DNA of 62,539 bases, the filler included, from Chrysochromulina tobinii (Eukaryota): the NCBI GenBank assembly GCA_001275005.1. It is 7 parts of 7 records of this genome, joined end to end, with 100 filler letters (N's around TTAATTAATTAA, not from the genome) between each part and the next. Parts side by side here need not be neighbours in the genome. Positions count along the whole stretch, not along the records: positions 9,741 to 19,372 come from JWZX01000955.1; positions 19,473 to 38,644 come from JWZX01000957.1; 5 more parts are not named here. One strand, written 5' to 3'. The notes under the pieces were generated by a model. It was not told where the DNA came from. It ran no database searches and worked only from the letters and a program-made list of their open reading frames with translations. A program made the position numbers and the translations under genes. Positions 19,229 through 30,016 of this stretch are shown here, one piece after another (the stretch's first letter is position 1; each line of letters begins with the position of its first letter).

Positions 19229-20279
19229 GGATGATTGCATGGATGATTGCATTCCCTCTGTGCCGCTTGACCCCAACGGTTATAAAGCGGCCGTGAACCA
19301 CCGCGTGAAGAGACAGACAGCGGAGCCATCAGGAGCCCGGCCAGGGGGGAAGGGGAGATGCGGGGAGATGTCNNNNNNNNNNNNNNNNNNNNNNNNNNNN
19401 NNNNNNNNNNNNNNNNTTAATTAATTAANNNNNNNNNNNNNNNNNNNNNNNNNNNNNNNNNNNNNNNNNNNNGCCCCGGGGTGTGTATGCCGCTCGAGTA
19501 GCGCGTCAGCGGGGCATGGGGATCCCCGGTGATCATGTAAATAGGGTGGAGACGTATCAGATACAGACACCTCTCGCGGCGCGGCGAGGTTTCATTACTA
19601 CATTTAACGAAGTCGTAACACGCTCATATTTTCTATAGATTCTTTGTACCCTTTTGCCTTTGGCTTTGCGGCACGTGGCGGCACGCGCGACGAGCACGGT
19701 ACAACCGCACGCGTAATCAGAGAGTTACCTCCACCCGTCCTCGCTCCTCCGCTCACTCTCGGCCGCACCCCACGGACCCCGGATGGCATCTTGAACTTCC
19801 AACTTGATGCGCACCAGGGGTCGATGCACGTGATCGTGCGGGCTGCCGGGCGCACCAGAGAGAGAGACACTCACTCAGCCGTCCATGTAAACTTTTAAGT
19901 AATTGTAAAGTCACTCCGGTTTTAAAGTCATCAGCGATGCAAATAGCGAGATCGGTACGACGCGGCGGCCGAACGGACGCCGAACCAGGAAGAGTCTACC
20001 AGTCTCTGCAGCGAGTCGCACGTGAACCGCGCTGAAACCCCCGACGGGCCCTCTCTATACGATACACCGCCCAGCGCCAACGTGAACGCGTCATCGTGAC
20101 TCGCTCGATCACACGCCGACCGTGTCCCCGTGCCCAGCAATTATGCTGTGATTTGATCCCAGCCCCGTAGCCGGGACGCCTGTCACAGTTCACCCAATAC
20201 TCGCGGCATACACCGGAAGCGAGGCTTCCTCGCGCCAAGACAGAGGTCTACTCAGGCCAGTGTCAGGAACGTCGGGCTC

Positions 20280-20955
20280 TCAGGCGTAGATCTTGGCATC
20301 GACCGCCCTCGTGTAGTTGTTCATGTCTTCGTAGCCGAACCAGCGGGCAAGCTCCTCGGCGGCGCCTTCGGTCGAGTCGGAGCCGTCGATGCAGTTGCGC
20401 CCGCGATCCGCGGCGTACACAGCGCGGACCTCGTCGACCATCGCCCGACCGGTCTTGATGACGTCCTTGCCCTCCCAGGCCATGGCGACGATCGGGCCGG
20501 AGGAGAAGTAGGCGCAGAGGCCGGGGTAGAAGGGCAGCTTAGCGAGGCCCGCGTAGTTGTTCTGGGCCTGCTCAAGCGTGGGCGTCAGCATCTTGAGGCC
20601 GACGAGCCTGAAAGAATGGGAGAATGACAGAGAATCAGCGTTGGTTTTTCATGAGCGTGGCTTCTCGAGTGCGTCATGCCACTCACTTGTATCCCTTGCT
20701 CTCAAACTTGGAGATGACGGCACCGACGACGCCACGCTCGACGCCGTCAGGCTTGACAAGGATGAGCGTGCGCTCACGTTTGGTTCCCGGCTCGCCAGCA
20801 AGAGCAGTGGCAGGAGCAGGCTCGCACTGCATGGGCGCGGCCGCGTAAGCGGCGAGCGAACTCACGGTGCCAACGGCGGCGAAGGCGAGCGGCGAGCGGG
20901 CCACGGCACGCGCGACGGGCGCGGCCAGAGCACGGCGAAAGACCGAAGAGAACAT
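20280..20955 (-). CDS. Nucleoside diphosphate kinase-like protein with mitochondrial-type presequence; intron 20608-20686; catalytic His replaced by Asp
   Basis: Motifs [43 protein letters not shown]. Confidence 0.85.
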
Positions 20956-21212
20956 CGAGTAAGAGCGGAGTCGGCGGAGTTGTCGGCGATGTGGCGCAGG
21001 CGTTTCATCAAAACATAGGTACCGGTACGAACATACAGGAAACAGTCGTCTATGGGACAGTCGTCGTCCTAGAGATTAAGATCTAGACAGACTTCGCCGC
21101 CTTTTATCAAAATCGATGGATGGCCGCCTGCTCATCGCTATCTCCAAATGCACCCCGAAGACGGCCGATCTCTTCATCCAACCCCGGAGATCAAACGAGT
21201 GCCCTCGCCCCG

Positions 21213-21992
21213 TCACTGCACGTGATCCCAGGCAGATGGGGGACAGCCGATGGGGATCACATCGATCGGCCCCGTCCACGCCTCAGCCCCCGGCTGATCA
21301 AAGCCCTTCTTGCGAGCCACGAACGTGACCGTGCGGCATGCCTTGACTGCCGCACCGAGGGGCAGCCCGCTGTCTGTGTCCATCCCCGACGGCAGGTCGA
21401 CTGCTACGACGGGCTTCTCTGCTCCATTCAGTGCCTCGATGAAGGCGATGCCTTCGGGCCGTAAATGGGCGCTGAGGCCCGTGCCGTAAATGGCGTCGAC
21501 CAGGAGCGATGCATCGCTCCACCCCGCCAACAGGGAAGCTAGGGCGGCACCGTCGGCAACATCCACAATCTCGGCCATGCGCGAACTCTCGAGCACGGAA
21601 AGGTTGATCCCAGCATCTGTCTCGCGCTTGCATGTTGAACGGTCGCCACAGTAAGCCACACGAGCCACATATCCTCGAAGCACGAGATGCCTTGCGAGAA
21701 CAAAGCCATCTCCACCATTGTTGCCTTTGCCAGTGATGATGCCGACGACGGCGCCAGGGCCCGCATCGCGCGCAGCTAGCTCATCGCAGACGACGTCGGT
21801 GAGACCCAGCGCAGCATTTTCCATGAGCACAACGCCTGGAAGACCCATCGCGATGGCCTTCTCGTCGACTTGGCGCACTTCCTCGCGGGAGAGAGAGCGA
21901 AGTGGCATCGCAAACCGTCCACTTTGTCCACTGCGAAGCACGCTGCCCATTACAGCCGCCGCCGATGCGAGCACGGTAGCTCCGGCCGCCAT
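21213..21992 (-). CDS. NAXE: NAD(P)HX epimerase (YjeF_N / NAXE)
   Basis: Motifs LMENAA, GKGNNGGDG, LVDAIYGTG, VAVDLPSG, TVTF...K.G. Confidence 0.9.
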   Translation of the reverse strand: MAAGATVLASAAAVMGSVLRSGQSGRFAMPLRSLSREEVRQVDEKAIAMGLPGVVLMENAALGLTDVVCDELAARDAGPGAVVGIITGKGNNGGDGFVLARHLVLRGYVARVAYCGDRSTCKRETDAGINLSVLESSRMAEIVDVADGAALASLLAGWSDASLLVDAIYGTGLSAHLRPEGIAFIEALNGAEKPVVAVDLPSGMDTDSGLPLGAAVKACRTVTFVARKKGFDQPGAEAWTGPIDVIPIGCPPSAWDHVQ

Positions 21993-22386
21993 CGCGAGGA
22001 CGTGTGAATTTGAGTACTCATTTATAAACATTGGCTGTGAATTTCTGGGTATTGGGGGTGTCCAGGGGTCCCCGAGCTAGTGTTCATCGCATCCGTACGC
22101 CGGTCCGGTGTCTTGGGTGTCGACTTATAAACATTGGCTGTGAATTGGCTGTTGATTTTAACGATTTAGTTAATTTACAAAAGCTGTTTTAGTATTGCGC
22201 AAGGCATGACGGTTGTGGGTTGACGCCTCCCGCCTGACCCTGAGCGGGCTGAGCCCCGCCGGCACCCGGGAGCAGCACACAGTGTGAGCACACGTGTCAA
22301 GCCTGGCTGGTGGCTCGTCGCTCGATTCCGCTCGAGACGCCGTCTGGCACCAGTGCGTGGCACGCGAGGACCGGACCGGACGCATT

Positions 22387-25300
22387 GGCTCTAGCTCAGG
22401 TCAGGGGCCTCAAGCTGGTGTGTAAACTGAGGTCTGGGCACAGTGGTCTGGGGGGAGCCGGGGTCTGGGGCGGGAGCCCCAGCGGGGTGCGGGGCAGCGC
22501 CCCGCATTAGAGATTTTTTTGAATTTAGGTCTTCTTTCAGCGAAATTCTCTACTCAAAACTCATCCCGTCCACTGTGGTATTTACATGTACATCTAACGG
22601 CAGCACCAGTCCAAAATGAGACGCTCACTGCCTGTTGAGATCTCCCACAGCTGGTCTGGGGGCTCCGCACGCTGCTCCTGCACGAGCCGAACCATGCCCG
22701 TCAACGCTCCCTGCCAATGTTGGCGTGCTGCCCCGGCAGCAGCGCGAGGCTCCCCACGGCGCACAATGTTCAGCGGGACTCCACCTACGGGTGGCAGCAA
22801 CATCATCTCGACTTTGTCTCCAATGGCACGCAGCTCAGTTGAATTGAAAGTGTACGTATGGCCTGTTAGTTGGCCACGAGCGTCACGGGCCCCAGCATCA
22901 ACGGCCCACAACTTGAAGATGCGGCGCTCATCGCCCCCACTGACGTCCCGCTCAAACCATTCGACAGCAATCTGCAGATCGCCTACATCATAACGCTCCC
23001 GTCTGTCCACGCCTTCCACATAGTCAACTGCCTTGTACTCTTTCACAATGCAAAGAGCACGGCCGATCCAGTACTGATCAGGGTCCTGCTCGCCGCGATT
23101 CTGCACCGCAACCCAAATCGGTTGGTTGCTCCTCGACAAAATGCGTCTTCAACTGCTCACGCAGCTCTCGTGCCTTTGCTCGTGTTCGGTTTCGGCTGTT
23201 GGCAACGCCGGCGGCATCAGCGGCGGTCAATGCTCGTCTCTTCCCAGGCAAGCGACTCCGACTCGCACTCCGAGCAGCAATAGTTTGAGTCCATCGTACC
23301 CTCGCCTGGCGCCGAGGCGTGCATGCATGACGTGCACCAACAAGCAAACTTGCGCTGCAGGATAACGCCCTCACGAACACCCATGAAGAGGAACGTCTTC
23401 TTCATGCCCGGCATCTTGTCGTACTCGTGGTCTGGCTTAGGCCTGATGATGTCGTTCGTTGGGGTGTAGAGCACGATGACCTGATTGATGGTCTTGCCCT
23501 GATGGGACTCGATGAACGCATCGGTATCGAATCTCATCTTCAAATGGGTGGCCACGTCCTCGGGCGACAGAATGGTACCCTTCTCGAGCAGGATGGTCTT
23601 CATTCCCGGTCGATGGTCCGTGATGTCCTCGCGCACTGTCCGCTTGAGCCATGCGCCGATGCCATCCCACACGCCCTTGCCGTGCCCGGGAGGGCCAAAT
23701 TCCCAGAAGACACGAAAGCTGAGAGGGGCACCCGCATTGTGACCGTCGCCGACTACTAAGCCGCTAGCCCACGACGCGAGGCGCTCACGCAGCTTCGAGA
23801 AGAAGTGCATCGTCTTGCTTGACTTGAAGTGGCTGGGGGCGTTATCCGAGTGCATGTGCCACGCAAAGAATTTCTCCTTGCCCGTCTTCACGTAGTGCTC
23901 CTCCAGGTAGGCAAACGTCTTCTCGAGAAAGGTCTGAGCAGCGTGCGAGTCGTGCGTCTTGTCATCCGAAACGTGGGCAAAGACTTTGGTCTGCAGCTTG
24001 CGGTGGCGAAGGTAGCGGCGCTCAATGAACTCAAGCTCAGGCTCGCTGTCCCCATGAAGCCCGTGGCGACAGACGCCGTATTTCATTTGCTCCGGATCGG
24101 TCGCTGCAGCAACATCAGCAGCTGAGGGCAGCGCGACAACCTGCGCCCAATACGATCCCTTTGCAGGCTCAGTCGCACCTGGCGCTGACGCGATTGCCGG
24201 CTCCACAGTGACTGCAGCGTGAAGGGGAAGGTCGCCACTGCGTTTGACCCATGCATCCGTCTCGAGCCACGACACCACCTGAACAAAGAGAGTGAAGCTC
24301 ATCGGCGACCAATGATCCGATTGGACAGAAACGCCTCCCGGGGGTGGGATGGTTCCATCCATCGCAAAGTCGACGTCAGACTGGACCCATCCCGGCCCAC
24401 GGTTGCGCTCAAACTGCGCCGCCATGTCCTTTTGCCGCATGATAGTGAAGCGATGATGTGGGAACTTGCGCATCGCTGACGCCTCGAAGTCGTCGAGAAA
24501 TTCAACAACTGTGCCGCGTCGCTGCTCGTAGCTGGGCTGACTCGGCTCGCCCGCCTGCCCGTTTTTCGACGAGCGGATACGCAGCCACTTGAACTCGGCC
24601 TGGAACTCGATCGGTGCGCTCGCCTTGATATTGCCTTGACCATCGATCACATGCTTGCGAAGGCCCTTGGACCAGAGCTTGTCAAAGCCGCAGCGCGCGC
24701 ACTTGCCGTTGATGCAGTCTTCAGAGCCGGCGCCGTCGAGTGCCCCTTTACAGAGAGCAAACTTGACCATCTCGGACTTTGACTGCAGTGCGCAAAATTC
24801 GAGCAGCTTCGTCAGCCCTGCCTTGCCTTCCCACTCGTGCACGTCTGAGTCGTCCTCATCCCCATCAGCAAGGGCGTCAGCGTCGGCGGTGGGCGAGTTG
24901 AGCAACGGGCCAAAGTGCTTCTCGAGGGAGTGGTGGACGGTCATGTAGTTCTTGAAGTTCGTGCAGTGCTTGCACTCGCACGTGCGCTCCTTGGTGCGCC
25001 GCACGTACCACGGCCGCAGCCTCTTGAAGAGGGAGAAGGAGATGCGGTGGCTCGAGTAGCGCAGCAGGTAGAGCGAGTACAGCGCGGCATACTTCGAGTA
25101 GATGTACAGCGCCTGCGCACACTCGTACATCCCAATCCCAACGCGCCGGCGCACGCGATCGCGCTGCGACGGGCTACGAGCGCCCTCGGCATTGAACAGC
25201 TCCTCGACCATCGGACGCGCCTTCTCGGCCTTCTCATCTTTGCGCGTCTCACGAGCGGCTGGGCGCAGCGACGCAGGCGCCCGCTCAAGGCGGGCGCTAT

Positions 25301-26197
25301 CCTTGGGGAATGCTGTCGACGTGCGCTGAAGCCCCGGCGCTACCTGCCACTCACCGCGTGCCTTGTAGATGCACGTGTACGAGCGTGTCAGCTTGACACC
25401 CGACACATTGAACTCGAGCACGTATCCGCCTCGTAGTCGATTTCGAGAACGGTACACGGCCGCCCACGCGACGTGGCCGCATCGCCTGGCTTGAGGGGCC
25501 CGTGGCATTCAAGCGTGTCATCAAAGGCGGCGCGTCGAGTGATGGCCTGCTGCAGCACGCGTGGCCTCTTCTCGTGCGTCGCCTTGACGTAGCGCGAGCC
25601 TCGCTGCACACCGAGCCGATCAGCCACACTCTTGATCATACCGTCCTGATCACCTTTCTCCTTCCGTTCAGGGGCAACCGCGCCGAGGATAACGTGCAAG
25701 TCGATGCGCATGGCCTCGGTCAAGCAGCGCTTGTAAACGTTAATGGCCGCTCGAAGGCGGTCGACGATGTAGCCATCGACCTTCGCCTTCTCAATCTCCT
25801 CTGCCGAGTGCTTGAGGTTGAGGTGCTCTGCCACCTCATCCACAACGCCAAACTCGACGGCCATCTCCGCCAGCATGAGAGCAATTCGGTACTTTGACCC
25901 CTGCGCCCAATCCTGCAAGCAGCCAATCAGCCCACGCCTCCTGTGATGCCTCCAGCCGCGTTTCTCGTCGCCGCGAGGGGGTCGCGTTTTGTCTGTATTG
26001 CGCTCGTCGATCTTCACGGCGCGCCTCTTCTCCAACTCCGTCTCGTGCTTGCGCCAGCGAGAGAGCGGCCAATCGCGCCAGTTCTCATCATTATCGGCGT
26101 CTTCGGCGCCCTCGGCGTCGGCGGCGCCCTCGGCCGCGGCGCCCTCGGCGGCGGCGCCCTCGGCGGCGGCGCCCTCAGCACGTACATTGCCCTCGGC

Positions 26198-26228
<31 letters not shown>

Positions 26229-27476
26229 CGTACATTGTCTGCGGGGGCGCCCTCGGCTGCGGTCGCCCCCGCAAATGCCGTCTTCTGCTTTTTGTGCGAC
26301 TTGAGCTTGATTTGCGCAGCTTCCGCTCTGATCTTTGATTGTTGAGCCATGGCTTTGGCAGCGTCGAGCGCGGACTTCGCTTCCTGGTGCGCAAGCTGGG
26401 CCTTTTTCTCACCCTCGTGTGCATTGTCGACGGCCCTGCGAGCATCTTCAACAGCTTTAGCATCGATTGCGGCCTGGCGCACAAGGGCTTGCTGCCGCGC
26501 TGCAGCCGCCTTCATGCGATCAAATGCCGTTGCTGCCTCCACCGCCTCTGCTGGCGCTGCCTCTGGCATCTCTGTGTCGCCACTGAGCTGCTTTGCTCGC
26601 CGCTCGGCCACGCGCTCGACGGCCTTGTGGTGGTGCACATGGTCCTCACACATATGCTCCTCCATGATCTTCATGCGCAGCCCACGCAGCGCCTCGAGGT
26701 GCGTGGGCTTCAGTCCGGTCTCATCGCAGTTGACCTTCACACGCTTGAGTTGACCACTCGCCCAACAGCACCCTACAAGGGCCTGAACCTTGTTGAGATT
26801 CGTGACGACATCGTGGTAGAAAAACGAGACCGCGCCGATGACGACGGGCAGCGCCTCGATGAGCCGCTTCTCCTCTTCGACCTGCTGAAGCCAAATCGAT
26901 GCTTCCTCATCGATCAACTCGTCGACGTCGTTCAGCTCCTGCTCCGCTGGCATCTGCTCCATGAAGCGAATGACTTCGTCGGCCTCGCCGCCGTATAAAA
27001 ACGGCACGCCCAGCGCCAGGATGAAGATCAATGTCATCATGGAGAACGACCCTCCAAGTGTCTCAGCAGAGACCAAATGACCCACCAAGCCTTGTATCCT
27101 TAAGCTGCTTCCATTCATGTCCTCAACATCGGCAACTAAGCCAGTCGATCTCGATCGGGCTGCCGATGATGTGCGTGGACCTCTGGTGCCATCTCCGCGC
27201 GTTCGCGTGCCTTTATGCCCTCGCATGACCCTGAGACGAGGTGCTGAGACGCGACGTCCATGCTTTCCTCCACTGCGCACGGGAGTCTGACCTGATCACC
27301 TGAATGACGAAAACAATTAACTCGGGGGTTTGCAGCCCTTCGCCAGATCTTTGCAGCCCTTCGTTCTACGCGCGACGGCGATTCCAACGGTACAATCGCG
27401 GTCCCCTAACTCCCAGGGGTTCTCAGATTACACACTCGCCACTAGTGGCTGGCGGCCCCTGACCTGAGCTAGAGCC
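22387..27476 (-). mobile_element. 5.1-kb DDD-type DNA transposon (Sola2-like by motif inference)
   Basis: Perfect 23-bp TIRs GGCTCTAGCTCAGGTCAGGGGCC (22387-22409 and 27454-27476), flanked by ATT (or CATT) duplication. Internal transposase. Confidence 0.85.
22594..27118 (-). pseudogene. Frameshifted transposase (ORFs 25388-27280, 23217-25508, 23078-23380 and 22594-23139 are parts of one gene)
   Basis: Catalytic-like motifs DVDFAMD, HSDNAPSHFK and GHGKGVWDGIG. Cys clusters CECKHC, CINGKCARC, CWCTSC. Apparent frameshifts near 25420, 23225 and 23135. Confidence 0.75.
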
Positions 27477-27786
27477 ATTCCCGAGCCGACTCCGACTCTA
27501 CACCGCTACACATGCATAGGCCAACGCCTCGGCCACGCGCCGTACAGCCACTGCGTGCGCGCGCCGTCAGCCGATGAGCGTTCAGCGTTACCGACACTTT
27601 GAGCTTCGATCAGTACTCAATCAGTACCAAGCCGAGATCAGTACACCATGTGTTCAGCGATCAGTACACCGAAGCCTGCGCCGCCCCCGCCTGATGCAAA
27701 GTCGTCGTTTCCCACATGCTCTCACGGGGACGTATCACTGCACAACGACCCGAAACGGCGCGCCTCAGCCTGCGGATCACTACGCC

Positions 27787-28581
27787 TCAGCCTGTGATAA
27801 GCTTTTGGAAGCCCTTGCGCACGGCGCGTACGAATGCCGAGAAGTCGTTGCTCGCGTTCAGCGTGTGGACGAGCCCGGGTAGCTCGGTCAGCGTCGGTTC
27901 GCAAGACTGGACGACGTAGTGATCGCCCACCGTCACACACACCTCGAGGCAGAAGGCGCGCTCTGGGTCGGTAGGGTCGATGCACGTGAAGGTGAGGCGC
28001 AGTCGATCGTCGCCGACCTTGTCGAAGGCCAGACCGAGGCGGGCCTTGTACAGCGAGATGCCGCGGTCGAGCTCGCCAAGCTTATGCTCCATCCCTCGCT
28101 GTGCCTGCTCCAAGATCGCCTCCGACCTCGTGACGAGCGCACGCGACTGCGTGAGCTGCTGCTCGAGGCGCTGCGACTCAGGCGGCAGCACTTGCTCCTG
28201 CGCGTGCAGCTTGTCCAGATCGGCCTTGAGCGCCTCGACCTGCGCCCGCTCGTGGCGCCCCTGCTGCTGCACCACCTCCTCTTCCGCCGAGATCGCCTTC
28301 TGCTTCTCGCGCAGCTCCTCAACGTTCTCTGCGAGGCAAAGCAGCAACAGTGGGGGCCGCGCTCAATAGGGATGGAGCGCATCGAGGCCAGCTCCCGGGC
28401 AGCGGGCAGCACAGCTGCGAATCCACGACGCGCGGCACGTACCCTTGTCCGCCTGCAGCTGCGCCTTTGCGATGGTCGTGACCCTGTCGACCACAGCAAT
28501 CTGCTCGGTCACGTACTCCGAGAGCTGCTTGGAGATCTTCTCGACCTCGCCACGCAGCTCATCGTTCTGGCGGCTGATCAT
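27787..28581 (-). CDS. SPC25: Kinetochore Ndc80-complex subunit Spc25; intron 28329-28442
   Basis: Coiled coil followed by LGLAF...LRLTFTCIDPTDPERAF...YVVQSCEP...LNASNDFSAFVRAVRKGF. Confidence 0.85.
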
Positions 28582-29385
28582 GCTCACGTCCGTCTGCGCG
28601 AGCAGTGTTCGCAGAGGCACGCGCTAGTCACGGGCGAGGCCTTGGGCGGGGCGACTGGCGAGTACCACACCATTTGCAGCGGGTTGGCCAGGTCTGTGTA
28701 GCTTCAAGTTTCTGTGTGCCCAATAAAACGCCCCTTTCATGCCCCTTTGTCGTTCTGAAGGCAGATGGCCATTTACTCGCCCTAGTCTATACTCTCCTCC
28801 GGGCTCGATTAAATTGATACGCGGCCACCGGGACTCGCACGCTTTTCGACCTTAGTCGGACGCACGACGGCTTGTGTGATTGAACCACCGCGCGCCGCGA
28901 AAGAACAGCACTGGCGCCCGACAGAGTGGACACGTTGCGCATGTGCTCGTCCGATGCGAATCAGCGCTAATGCGATGCGCTGCCTCCCCGCCAATCCAGT
29001 GCATGCCTGCGGGCAGGCGACGCTCTGGGACAGTGAGGCACAAGCGGGCACCCGAGTGGCACGCGGGAGCGCGGGCGGGGACGGATGAATTCGAGCCACT
29101 GGTGCGTCGCACAGGGGTGGATGTGGTAGAAAGTAGTGGAGCGATCCATTTCCAGGAAGGTTTCACGGCTGACGGGGCAGACCTCGTGCGCGATGGGCGT
29201 GAAGGCTCCACTCGACTCGCCGTCCACCATCATCAGATACAAAATCTCGGACAGGATCCACACCTTCTGGTAGCTATTATCGTCACACCATGCGTCCCTG
29301 CGTTGGGAGCGGGCGTGCAGGCGGAGGGGGTCGCTTGCCTGAAGAGTGAGGGAGCGACTGGGTCAGCTTCATCAGATCGCGGTGC

Positions 29386-29850
29386 TCACCACGCCCAGCA
29401 GCGACCCATGCGTCGGACGTACTCTTCCTGATTGGGTGCGTCGCTCACGCTCCTGGCAAGCTCACCCAGATGCTCTGCAAGAGCTCGCAGCAAGCCCCAC
29501 CTGTATGGATTCGCAGCCGTGAGCAGATATCGATCGCTGTTGGGCGTCAGGTACTTCGCAGCCGAGTGGCGACGGTTTTTTGGAGCGTCCCGTGGGACTG
29601 CTTCGAGAACTCTGGCGCCGAGAGCCACGAGACGTGCCGGGTCGCTCGTCTCCCAGTCGCGCCACCATGTATCAGCCGCCGCCCCGCTCATTCTCTCTCC
29701 CATCAGCTTGTGGCGGCTCATCGCGCCGATGTGCATGACGTACTCCTGGCTTTTATCGCGCATGAGATCGCATCCTCTCTCAAGGTACGCGTGATCTGGA
29801 GCGATCTTCTCGACCTCGCCACGCAGCTCATCGTTCTGGCGGCTGATCAT
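29386..29850 (-). pseudogene. Chimeric ORF: first 16 codons of Spc25 fused to unrelated sequence
   Basis: 29803-29947 duplicates 28534-28678 (145 bp, 1 mismatch). Confidence 0.55.
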
Positions 29851-30016
29851 GCTCACGTCCGTCTGCGCGAGCAGTGTTCGCAGAGGCACGCGCTAGTCAC
29901 GGGCGAGGCCTTGGGCGGAGCGACTGGCGAGTACCACACCATTTGCAAAGAAGGAAGCGGCGTCGTAATGGGCTCGTCTCCGCTCCCGCTCTCTCGGTCC
30001 TCCACCGTCCCTCAGG

